DNA from: Octopus sinensis
Lineage: Eukaryota
Assembly (NCBI RefSeq): GCF_006345805.1
Contig: NC_043005.1
Span: forward strand, 62,868,001 to 62,932,000
Length of the DNA: 64,000 nt
Direction: 5' to 3'
Below are positions 26,791 through 37,118 of the stretch, one piece after another. Each line of letters opens with the position of its first letter. The stretch's first letter is position 1. The notes below the pieces were generated by a model. The model did no database searches. It was not told where the DNA came from and saw nothing but the letters and a program-made list of their open reading frames with translations. Position numbers and translations under genes: made by a program.

Positions 26791-27684
26791 ATGTGGAAGG
26801 AGGGTTTAGAATCAAGGGGCCTTAGAGTCAACCTAGCTAAAACCAAAGTACTAATAAGTAGAAAGGTAGACAATCCACAAATATCCTCAGGAAGATGGCC
26901 CTGCTCGATCTGTAGAAAAGGTGTAGGTAGAAACTCTATAAAATGTACCCAGTGTAAGCTATGGACACATAAGAGGTGCAGCAATGTCAAAGGTAGGCTA
27001 ACTGGGAAGATAGTTTTTGTATGTGGCAGATGCTCGGGAGCATTGACCTCTGAAAATCTGCAGAAAACAACTTCCGTCACTTTCCGGGGGGAAAAACTAG
27101 AAGTAGTTGATAGCTTCCGCTATCTAGGTGACCAAGTCAGTAGTGGGGGTGGGTGCGCTGAAAGTGTAACTGCTAGAATAAGAATAGCCTGGGCAAAGTT
27201 TAGGGAGCTCTTACCTCTGCTGGTGACTAAAGGCCTCTCGCACAGAGTAAAAGGCAGACTGTATGATGCATGTGTACGAACAGCCATGCTACATGGCAGT
27301 GAAACATGGGCTGTGACTGCTGAGGACATGCGTAAGCTCGTGAGGAATGAAGCCAGTATGCTCCGATGGATGTGTAATGTCAGTGTACTTACTCGACAGA
27401 GCGTTAGTACCTTGAGAGAAATGTTGTACCTAAGAAGCATCAGTTGTGGTGTGCAAGAGAGACGATTGCGCTGGTATGGTCATGTGGCGAGAATGGATGA
27501 AGATAGGTGTGTGAGAAAGTGCCAATCCCTAGCAGTTGAGGGAACCCGTGGAAGAAGTAGACCCAGGAAAACCTGGGACGAGGTGGTGAAGCACGACCTT
27601 CGGACGTTAGGTCTCACCATGGAAATGACTAGAGACCGAGACCTATGGAAGTATGCTGTGCGTGAGAAGACCCGGCAAGACTAG
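26791..27684 (+). CDS. C-terminal 297 aa of the RTE ORF (end of RT, PHD-like finger, thumb, C-terminal domain); fragment, not a full gene
   Basis: GLRVNLAKTKV; C-x2-C-x10-C-x2-C-x4-H-x2-C-x14-C-x2-C; LEVVDSFRYLG; MLHGSETW; RRLRWYGHVARM; GRSRPRKTW. The upstream part of ORF 26644-27684 is microsatellite. Confidence 0.9.
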   Translation: MWKEGLESRGLRVNLAKTKVLISRKVDNPQISSGRWPCSICRKGVGRNSIKCTQCKLWTHKRCSNVKGRLTGKIVFVCGRCSGALTSENLQKTTSVTFRGEKLEVVDSFRYLGDQVSSGGGCAESVTARIRIAWAKFRELLPLLVTKGLSHRVKGRLYDACVRTAMLHGSETWAVTAEDMRKLVRNEASMLRWMCNVSVLTRQSVSTLREMLYLRSISCGVQERRLRWYGHVARMDEDRCVRKCQSLAVEGTRGRSRPRKTWDEVVKHDLRTLGLTMEMTRDRDLWKYAVREKTRQD

Positions 27685-27844
27685 TGAAGCCATAACCCGT
27701 GGCCCCTGCCTGGGACGTAGTCAGTCCACCTGTGCATACCTTCCTTCTTGTGACACTTGTGAAGACCTGTTGAGGCAAGTGAAAATCAAAATCAAACCAA
27801 ATCAAAATAGATGAACATCAATGGAATTTGTATCCTTGTGGTAC

Positions 27845-28055
27845 CAGTGCCAGTGGCACATAAGAAAACCATCCGAACGTGACCGTAGCCAGTACCGCAT
27901 CGACTGGCCTCCGTGCTAAGGGCACGTAACAAACACCATCCGAGCGTGGCCGTTCGCCAGCCTCGTCTGGCACCTGTGTCGGTGGCACATAAGAAAACAC
28001 CATCCGAGCGTGGCCGTCTGCCAGCCTCATCTGGCACCTGTGTCGGTGGCACATA
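27845..28055 (+). repeat. ~62-66 bp tandem repeats (about 3.5 units) in the RTE 3'UTR
   Basis: Unit ACCATCCGAGCGTGGCCGT..GCCAGCCTC.TCTGGCACCTGTGTCGGTGGCACATAAGAAAAC. Confidence 0.85.
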
Positions 28056-28225
28056 AAATCACCCACTACACTCTCGGAGTGGTTGGCGTTAGGAAGGGCA
28101 TCCAGCTGTAGAAACACTGCCAGATCTGACTGGCCTGGTGCAGCCTTCGGGCTTGCCAGACCCCAGTTGAACCGTCCAACCCATGCTAGCATGGAAAGCG
28201 GACGTTAAACGATGATGATGATGAT

Positions 28226-28390
28226 ATATATATATATACGACGGGCTTCTTTCAGTTTCCATCTACCAAATCCACTCTCAAGTCTTTGGTCGGCCCAAGG
28301 CTATAGTAGAAGACACTTGCTATGCAGTGGGACTGAACCTGAAACCATGTGGTTGGAAAGCAAGCTACTTACCCCACAGCCACTCCTATA
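28226..28390 (-). mobile_element. 5' half (family B head) of the SINE split by the RTE
   Basis: Reverse complement GGAGTGGCTGTGGGGTAAGTAGCTTGCTTTCCAACCACATGGTTTCAGGTTCAGTCCCACTGCATAGCAAGTGTCTTCTACTATAGCC..GAAGCCCGTCGTATAT. Confidence 0.85.
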
Positions 28391-28413
28391 CAATATTTTT
28401 TAATATCTAACTA

Positions 28414-29686
28414 CTGTAAAAACCCATGTAATTTTGCACTTTTTTTCGCAAAAATAAAATAAACTTTAGTGGGTACATAAATTACATGAGTAGATTATTT
28501 CTAGAATATTTTTTGAAAGTTTTTTGTTGATAAAAGATGTACAATATGTAAACATTCGTACCAGAAGTTGACTCATTTAATGTCAGAATAGGTTTTTACA
28601 GAAAAAATAATGGCTTAAATACAATGAAGTTGACTTTTATCTATGCTGGACAGTATAATGCTTACATCTTCTGCATAAATTTACTAAAACTGTTAAATGG
28701 TTAGCTACTTTTGGACGTCTAATGTTCATGCTGGTAAACATGGTCTGGGCCATATTTTACATTGCTTGCAGTTTCTACCTATCCCAAGCACTATTGACAT
28801 ACACAGTGATATGGATGTTCTTGACTGAAAAAAATGTAATGATATGGATAATTTTGATTGTATGTTTTTATTTTTATTTATTTAATACTAGAGCACACTT
28901 TTAAGTTTGTTGTACTATTTACACCAATTTCGAACACTGGCTTCATTAACATTAAAATACCTTCTGGCAGCTCTATTGTCACATTCAAATGCATATTCAA
29001 CATATTTAATTTCTCATTTGCAGTAAACAATTCATAAGTTCTGCCCATACTGACAATAATGGTAATGACAAACTTTAAAGTTTGCTTGACATTTTATAAG
29101 TGTGAAAGGGATTAAAATTTCAATACTCCGTATCAAAGGTTCCCAGAAGAATAGGCAGAAAAGAATTCCGTTTACATAATGAGTTTGATTGGTCACCTTC
29201 CTCTGTCAGTTGAGTAAAGTGTCATCCAAGTTGATGCTTATTGGTAATTAGACTTAATTTCAACACCTGCGCATATTTGTCAGCTTTGTTTTGTGAGTAA
29301 TTCTTATCAACAACTTTTCCTCTGATTGTGATTTGAGAAGACATACAGCAGTATACTAAAGATTGAACATAATCTCTTGTGAGCAAGAAATGAAAAATAA
29401 AGTTTATTATAAACAACACAAACATTTTGTAATTTAATTGCTTTCAAAGTAATACCTGTTAAACAGAAATTATTTTTATTTAATGAAAATTTGATAAAAT
29501 CTAATCATAAGTTAAATTATGCTAAATACAACTAAATTGAAAACCTTTTTCCCTTGGCTATATTGGCAATTCTGAAAACTTTTGGGTGCAAATTTTACAG
29601 GAACAGAAGCTTTTTTTTAAAAAATTTTATCTTGAAAATCACCTGTATAAATTACACAGGTGCACAAATTACATGGGTTTTAATGG
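28414..29686 (-). mobile_element. Internally deleted pogo-family DNA transposon
   Basis: TA-flanked TIRs CTGTAAAAACCCATGTAATTTTGCAC / reverse complement CCATTAAAACCCATGTAATTTGTGCAC, with subterminal AAATTACA repeats. Minus strand FTANEKL/YVEYAFECDNRAARRYFNVNEASVRNWCK (Brinker-type HTH, ~28905-29030) and FTSMNIRRPK (pogo C-terminal region). Confidence 0.8.
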
Positions 29687-29861
29687 TAAATACTTTTCAA
29701 TCACTGCTAACTTAGAATTGTTATTACTTTTTAATGTATTGTCATGTTTATTTTAAGTTATATTAACAAAAATAGATATGTAGAAAAAAAATTTAATTCT
29801 TAAAATGGAAATTATAATTTTTTAATCTTTCTTTGAATTGTTCTAACTATAATAGTAATGT

Positions 29862-30164
29862 GGAGGCGCAATGGCCTAGTGGTTAGGGCAGCGGACTCGC
29901 AGTCGCAGGATCACGGTTTTGATACCCAGACCGGGCGTTGTGAGTGTTTATTGAGCGAAAACACCTAAAAGCTCCACGAGGCTCCGGCAGGGGGTGGTGA
30001 TCCCTGCTGTACTCTTTCACCACTCTTTCTCCCACTCTTTCTTCTGTTGGCCTGCTCGCTTAGCCAGCGGGGTGGCGTCATTCGAAGGCTAAAACAATGC
30101 AAACGCATTGTGACCAGCGATGTGTAACAACACCTGATGGTCTGGTCGGTCACGTGATCACGTG
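29862..30164 (+). mobile_element. Young tRNA-headed SINE (family C)
   Basis: GGAGGCGCAATGGCCTAGTGGTTAGGGCAGCGGACTCGC..GGTTTTGATACCCAG (A/B box-like); 11-bp TSD ATAATAGTAAT (29849-29859 / 30165-30175). Confidence 0.9.
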
Positions 30165-31074
30165 ATAATAGTAATACTAGCAGACATTTTCAAAAGGTTT
30201 TCCTTTAATGTTTTAAATAGTACTATTGTAAACATTTAGACCTATATTTCTCATTTGAGAACCTATTTTCATCTCATAAGAAATATATAAAATCAAGGAA
30301 AGAAGTAAGGAAAAAATAGTAGGAACATTAAACTAATGTCTTCTATTACACAGTAAGTATTTTGCTCAAAAATTATTTGTTCACTCTCTTTTAGATAGAA
30401 TAAATACTCTTATGAGATAAAAATATCCAGATATTTTTAATGCCCACAGTATTCTGGTCACTATAACTTCTACAAAGGAATTCCATAGAAAACTTGCCCA
30501 TTATAATTACAATTTACACCAAATAATCTTCTTAACACACTTAAAGCCTCAGCACTCTAATATTTAAAACCACTTAATAATATACAAATTATAACTGTAT
30601 TCTAGATCCAATCTCTCCAAAACATTAATAGGCAAAATAGAAACTACATCTCTTGATACATTCTGTCTATCTTGCCTTCATGCTGTTGTGCATTATCATC
30701 TTGAAATGATTTTTCAAAAGATGTTCTCTTCTCTGAGTTTAAGAATAAAGAAAATAGTTTTGATTACCCCATGCCTTCAGTTCTAGAGATTCTACCTCAA
30801 GATAGTGACTAATTGTTTCTATGCATCTGCAACACCAGCAAAAGTACATGTCTGACATATATCTACGAGCAAAATAAATGCACTTCAGATCGTTCGTTAA
30901 ACAGTAACCCACTGTACAATACAAACAAATATGCCCTATGCCCTAAAGAAATAATATTTCATTACCTAAATTAACAAAACATTTATAACAAAGAAGTGCA
31001 GGTTAGTGAATAAGATCATAATTGCTTTCTTAAAATAAATGAGATATGAATAGGCTAAAAGAATTCTTTTCTTT

Positions 31075-31500
31075 TATGTGTTTCAGCCATTAGATTGTGG
31101 CCATGTGAGAGCACCACTTGAAGAACTTTTAGCCGAATGAATTGACTCAAGAAATTCTTTTTTTTTTATGCATGGTACTTATTCCATTGGTGTCTTTTGC
31201 TGAACTGCCAAGTTACAGGGATGTAAACAAGGGATGTAAACCAAGACCAATTGTCAGATGGTGATGGGAGACAAACACACACACAGACTCACATACACAT
31301 ACACACGCACACACACGCACACACACACACATACACACACACATGACAGACTTCTTTCAGTTTCTGCAAAACCAAATCTACTCACAAGGCTTTGGTTAGC
31401 CTGAGGTAATAGTAAAAGACACTTGTTCAAGATGTCACAATAATGGGACTGAATCATGTGGTTGGTAAGAAAACTTCTTACCACACAGCCACACCTGTGC
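31075..31500 (-). mobile_element. Complete modular SINE: family B head + (GT)n + family D CR1-type tail
   Basis: Head 31340-31500, microsatellite 31270-31340, tail 31075-31270. Confidence 0.85.
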
Positions 31501-31939
31501 ATATAATCATTGTTTGAATCAGAATATATGTATCCTAATATTTTATAGAACTAAGAGTAGTGAATAGTAACTCTGAAGAATACAGCATAAAATGCCTGGC
31601 CATATTTAGCTATGTTCTTTTCTGTTCTGAGGACAGGGAGAACAAGAACTGGTTTATTGCTTAATAGAAGATTCATGGCTACCTCATCTTATACACTGGT
31701 GTTTGGCAGTAGAATGTATGGTGTTGATAAGAGATAAATATAGTGGTGATCAGTGCTGTCTTAAAGCATGAGCACACTCACCAGTTGCCTGGGGCCCTTA
31801 TGGGTGTAGGGGCTCAATTATAATTTATGTGTGCTGTGGCTTGTAGTGAATAAATAAACACTATAAGGTCTAGTGTAATGATCTGCCCATGGCCTATAAT
31901 GCTGCTAAGACAGCCCTGGTAGTACTAGAATGTAATATC

Positions 31940-32470
31940 AAGGTAACATGTCGAAGAAGATGATTATCAGAGAGTGTGAAGAAAAATAGATGAGGAAAAT
32001 GTGAAATGGATAGAAACATGGATGGAGGTGATCAATTGAGTACAGAGAATGAATGTTGGGAATGAGGAACAGGAATGTTGGTCACTGAGGGTAATATAAA
32101 TGAGGGATAATGATAAGAAAGGAAGAGGGATGAAAATTGGAAGTAACTCGGAAGATAGGGAATGACTAGCAGTACAGAAATGACAATGTGATATGGTTTG
32201 TAGCTTTCATTACTTACAGCTGCAAAGTAATACAGCAGATAGAAGAATGACAGAGGGATGAGTGAAAGGGAAAGGAGAGGAGGGGTTAAAGGTTGCAAGT
32301 GTGTGGAGTACAGTGAGATATGGAATAAATAAGGCAAGGATGGTCAATGATATGAATGAGGGATGAACATCAACAGAGAATGGCTTAGGGGAGGGAACCA
32401 GATGTCTGGGTGGAGATGGGGATGAGTCGGCAGGGAGATTGAGTGAGGTACCTAGTTATGTGCAAACATA
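31940..32470 (-). mobile_element. Old CR1/L2-like LINE remnant
   Basis: Purine-rich plus strand; minus reading ISLPTHPHLHPDIWF is APE-like. Confidence 0.35.
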
Positions 32471-33468
32471 TGCTTTGGGAAGTTAGCATAACTGAGAAGG
32501 TATTCTTGAATATTGCAAATCATTACTCATCTTTCTCAGACTTTTTTTTCTTCCAATTATTCATTATAAATGAATACAGATATCTTTATTCTTACATAGA
32601 GAAACCAAAAAAAAATTGTTTGAAAACACTTTTAAGTATAATGAACTGACTCAAAATGAACATATTCAGCATACACATAAACACACATAAGTATACAAGA
32701 AACCCACAGAGGAGTCTCTACATGCTTGATCCAACAGCTAGAAAGAGCATCTAAATCAATCACTCTACAATCTTTCGAAAAAGTAGAGCACGTTGAATAA
32801 TGTAGGCTAGGGAATACTGTTTCTGAAATTAAGGCAGGGTGGCCAAGGATTCTTTGCTTTCATTGAAAGCAGTGCTCAATAAGAACTGACTCCTGACTTC
32901 ATACATCACCTAGTAGTATACAAAAATATCCAAATACACACATGTATGCATCTAAATATAAACATGAGTATACACAGTTATCAACTGCCTCAGTGGTTTT
33001 TAACCTGCAGACACATTTTCAAGCAACAGTATGTTATTTTCAATATTATTCCTGGTAAGTCAATTAGCTACTTAATTTCAATAGCCTTCATTGAAGACAC
33101 TCTAAACATTAGGCTTAAAATGAAATAAAATAAACAGTAGTGTTCATGTAAAAGTAACTTTTGACAATTAAGTATCTTTTAATCGTCATTTTACTTTTTT
33201 TTTCATGTGATTGTTATTTTCTTCAAAGAATGATGAACTTGAGTTAAATATATTTTTTTTGTCAGAAGTCAAATGCTAAAACATAGAAACATAATGAAGA
33301 TCAAAGGGTGTCTATAATATAGTTAACATAGGTTAGTGAGCTGAAAGAAAAACATCAATTTTATGTATTCATAAATGGACACAAAAACCTGTCTATTTTA
33401 AAGCATATAAAGAGGTTTATAAATTGTATTTATGAGCAAACTTGCAGTTATAAAAGTTTTTAACTCAC

Positions 33469-33550
33469 CAGTAGTCTCAGCAGTAAGTAAATAATTTTTA
33501 GCTCCATTTGGAAGATCAATCTCGCTATTCATTTCTACCAGCAGTATTTC
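33469..33550 (-). CDS. Candidate internal exon of an unidentified host gene (82 nt, phase 0 to 1)
   Basis: TTTATATTACAG|GAAATA...ACTACTG|GTGAGT; only one frame open: EILLVEMNSEIDLPNGAKNYLLTAETT. No protein recognised. Confidence 0.3.
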
Positions 33551-33709
33551 CTGTAATATAAATATATATAACAAAAAATTATTAATGCATAAAAAAAGAG
33601 ACACATTTATAACTGGATGCATGCACACAGATAGACAAACATGATATATATATATGCAAACATACACACATACATATAGCTAGTTAGATAGACATATGCT
33701 TATTTACTT

Positions 33710-33780
33710 TTATAATGCTCCTGGTTTCAGACTGCAGCCATGCTGAAGCACCAGGGTTTAGTCAATTAAGTCAATATCCT
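33710..33780 (-). mobile_element. Short family D SINE tail remnant
   Basis: GTTTCAGACTGCAGCCATGCTGAAGCACCAGGGTTTAGTC. Confidence 0.5.
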
Positions 33781-33869
33781 CACTTATTTTTAACCTTGGT
33801 ATTTAATTTAATAATTTCTAATTTTTGAATGGCTAATGTTACAAAACAAAGACACACACACATAGACAA

Positions 33870-33912
<43 letters not shown>

Positions 33913-34029
33913 CAAAAAGTTAAAATTTGGTCATAGAGTTACTAAAGGTTCTATATCCAAAATATCCACAACTTTATGGACAAAAAAATTAAGCTTTCTA
34001 CCAGTGAACGTGAGGAAATGCTCAGATAT

Positions 34030-35570
34030 CGAGATTTAATGGTTAATGTATAAAACTGTTAATGAGGGCGAGTTATCTCCCCTGGACCAGAGGATAAAAC
34101 CCCTTACAGACCCGAAATAGCCTAACCAGCAAATGGGAGATCCAATTATCCAATAGGCCTGATATGGACACATTTAGAGAAAACTATTTACAACTATTCA
34201 ACACACCAGATTTAGCATAGTCCATAAGAATTTTGGTTCTCTCCATGATGCAGATTTTGCAATGGCCACTCCCATTAATATATGGGCCTGGATGATCTAT
34301 TATTTCCCACTTGATATCACATGGGGTCCCTTGATCTTTGAGGTGCCACACATGGCTGGCCAGGGACATGACAAGACATCTTTCTGGGACTCTGAAGGAT
34401 TATTGGTGGTTGCGGAAGCAACATTTGAAAGATGTATTGGCTGATCCAATATATTTACAAACTTGGGATGTGGCTATATTTGCACTCTTGATATATCTCT
34501 GGTAGGCTCCAGGACTGGGAATGCTGTTGGTAACACTGTTGCTAACATTGTCAATATGATGCAATGACCCAGTGGTGTTACTGATGGGATTATCGTTTCT
34601 GGTCATATGGCTGGTGAAGTAGCTGCCAACATGAGTGTGGGTACGGCTGGTGGGAACATACGGTATGGTGCCAGTCATCTCATTGGTGTTAGTAATAATT
34701 GTTTAGTTATTATCTGTGGTGGTGGTACTGGGGATGCCAGATAGCTCTGTGTTGCTGTTCCCGGATTGGTCATCATCTCTAGGTGTGGTGATTGTACAAC
34801 TGGTAAAATATGGTGCAGGCCTGGTCACTATCGGGATCAATGATAATGGTTTGTTCATCATCTTTGGCTGTAGTACTGGGGTCGCCGGGCACTTCCTCTG
34901 TGTTGCTGGCCCCAGGCTGATCATCATCTCTGGCTATGGAGAGACCTGATTAATCTGCTATTATTGCTCTTGGATGGTACATTGCTAGTAATGCAGTTAA
35001 CAGGTCTAGGTGTCACTGTAGCTTTATAGATGATTCCTTTAGCCTTGCATTGACCTCCTACTGGACAGTTATTGTATATACTGCAAGAGTAACCTGCCTC
35101 CTCCTTTATAATGTGGGTGCTTGTTAAAATGCTTTTTATGTTAGGTGGATAACTAAAGGAGATTCCTAGGTTGTGCCTGTTATGTAATTTCCTGTATCCA
35201 TGTGTGCATGTGAAATGTTTATCTATTAAGTTAATGAAAATCCTTCCCACACAAATATTGATGTTGAGCAAAAAGGGTGGAGCAAACCAAATATCTTTTC
35301 TGTGGTGCCTCCTTTTCAGGGTGCTAATGCCTGGCATATAGATGTGGTCCTTAAATCCACTTCATACCAGTACCTCATTATAGTAGGGGACAGTGGTGTC
35401 AAAGATATCTTGGCTAGAGGATAGATTCGAGATCCACTTGCTTACACTTTTCATTAGGTTCTTGAAAACTACAGTTGGGCCACAAGAGGCTGTGCTAATA
35501 TAGGACAGCTTCTCATTTGACTTGTGATAGGGCCTTTATGTACTACAGCCTAGATCTAAAGTTACATATT
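34030..35570 (-). mobile_element. Penelope-like element: RT thumb, linker and GIY-YIG endonuclease with a long internal insertion; 5'-truncated, few disablements
   Basis: VTLDLG..RPYHKSNEKLSYI; RKDIWFAPPF..GRIFINLIDKHF..LGISFSYPPNIKSIL; CSIYNNCPVGGQCKAKGIIYKATV; CKYIGSANTSFKCCFRNHQ*SF..SLASHVWHLKDQG..IKWEII..CKICIMERTKI. Confidence 0.9.
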
Positions 35571-35834
35571 GGTGAAAAGTGGTTAGGAGTCCATACAAAT
35601 CAAAAATTACAGTTAAAAACGCAAATGCAGATGGAAAAGGAACAGAAGTATATTTTAGAGAATGTTTAATAAAATATTATTGGTTTCAATGTATCCATCT
35701 TATCAAATATTAGAAATATTAGAAAGAATTTTGGTGAGTCAAAAATAAAAGACACTTTTTAGCAGGTTTAACAGTTTGTACCCAAATTTTAGTTCTTAAT
35801 GAAGTTTTACTTTAGTCAGTCTCTTAGAAATGTT

Positions 35835-35869
35835 TATATATATATAACATAGTTATATGTATATATATA

Positions 35870-35908
<39 letters not shown>

Positions 35909-36100
35909 AATGATATATAAATATATATAAGCATATATATATATAACATATATATAAAGATGTATGTATAACATATCTAACAACATATATATATATGTGT
36001 GTGTGTGTGTGTGCATGTATGTATATATATATATATATATATAATATATATATATATATACACACACACACGAATATACTAATATATACACATTTATATA
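35835..36100. repeat. Compound (TA)n/(TG)n/(CA)n microsatellite
   Basis: Read directly. Confidence 0.95.
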
Positions 36101-36478
36101 TAGGCCACCATCCATAAAACCATTCCAATACAATGGTAAATGACTAAATAAATAAATGAATGGTGAATAGGAAGGAGGGTCCCTCCTTCTCTTGCTCCTT
36201 CTCTTTAACTATCTATCTATCAACCTACCTATATTTCTATCTACCTACATATATTTCTATCTATCTATCTCCACTCTCATGGAACCTCACCTAAAACAAC
36301 AAAAACGATGTTCTCTTTTTCTAAACAAAACCCCCCAAAAAAATCATCTGTCTTATGTAAATGAACAAGCTGTTTGTACATTCACAAAATTTTATTTGAC
36401 ATGTTCGAGAAATGAACAAAAGCACTAATAATAATGAAGAAATAAAAAGATTTTTTGCTTCCAAAATTCTGATAACTT

Positions 36479-36479
<1 letters not shown>

Positions 36480-36514
<35 letters not shown>

Positions 36515-36573
36515 CAAATATATACACATTTATATATATCTATATATATATATATATATACAAATATATACAC

Positions 36574-36626
<53 letters not shown>

Positions 36627-36755
36627 ATATATACACATTTATATATATATATATATATATATATACTATATATATATAGATAATAATATAAATATGTATA
36701 TATTTGTGTGTATATATATATATAAATATATATATATTATACATATATATATATA
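36480..36755. repeat. (CT)n + (TA)n microsatellite with recurring CAAATATATACACATTTATAT sub-unit
   Basis: Read directly. Confidence 0.95.
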
Positions 36756-37118
36756 TCTATATATATAAAGCTGAAGTTGTCTGTGTATGGCAGGTTTGGT
36801 AGCCTTCAACTAACACAATCTCCTCCGAGACCCTGTGGCACAAGTTGACCAAAATTAAGATGATGATAGAAGAAGGCTTGCTCCTCCTTCCGTAGAAGAA
36901 ATAATTATTTACATCGAAAAGGTGTTCTTTTTTTCTATGAAAATCCCCATTTTTTACGATTTTTTTACTGCTGTGTCGCCATTTTTCAGTGTATTTCAAC
37001 CAGAAAAATGTTCACTTAAAGAGAATAACAAGCTACACAATGCAAAATTTCCAATTTTCAAAACTTCCAATTCTAAAGGGTCGAAACAAACCCGAGCAAC
37101 GCTGGGCGATACTGCTTG
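36756..37118 (+). mobile_element. Non-autonomous Helitron
   Basis: A|TCTATATATATAAAG at 5' end; 3' CCCGAGCAACGCTGGGCGATACTGCTTG|T (hairpin plus mutated CTAG), nearly identical to the ends at 63443 and 63832. Confidence 0.8.

Larger units (their letters stand above)
26791..28225 (+). mobile_element. Young 5'-truncated RTE-clade LINE with full 3'UTR and (GAT)n tail
   Basis: Uninterrupted ORF end, GC-richer than flanks, CpGs retained; ends CCCATGCTAGCATGGAAAGCGGACGTTAAACGATGATGATGATGAT. Confidence 0.95.

Noticed and set aside
29862-29935. tRNA-like sequence (also 38423-38495 and 58435-58520)
   Set aside because: A/B boxes present but no complete cloverleaf; these are SINE heads with TSDs.
30145-30166. 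Tandem palindromic E-boxes CACGTGATCACGTG
   Set aside because: Part of the SINE terminus; no evidence of regulatory function.
34040-34125. Possible hammerhead ribozyme next to the Penelope 3' end (..TTAATGAGGG...CCCGAAATAGCCTAACC)
   Set aside because: The GGG/CCC stem and GAAA are present, but the CUGAnGA core is not, stems I and III pair poorly, and it is antisense to the ORF. An Infernal search with hammerhead models on a family consensus would settle it.
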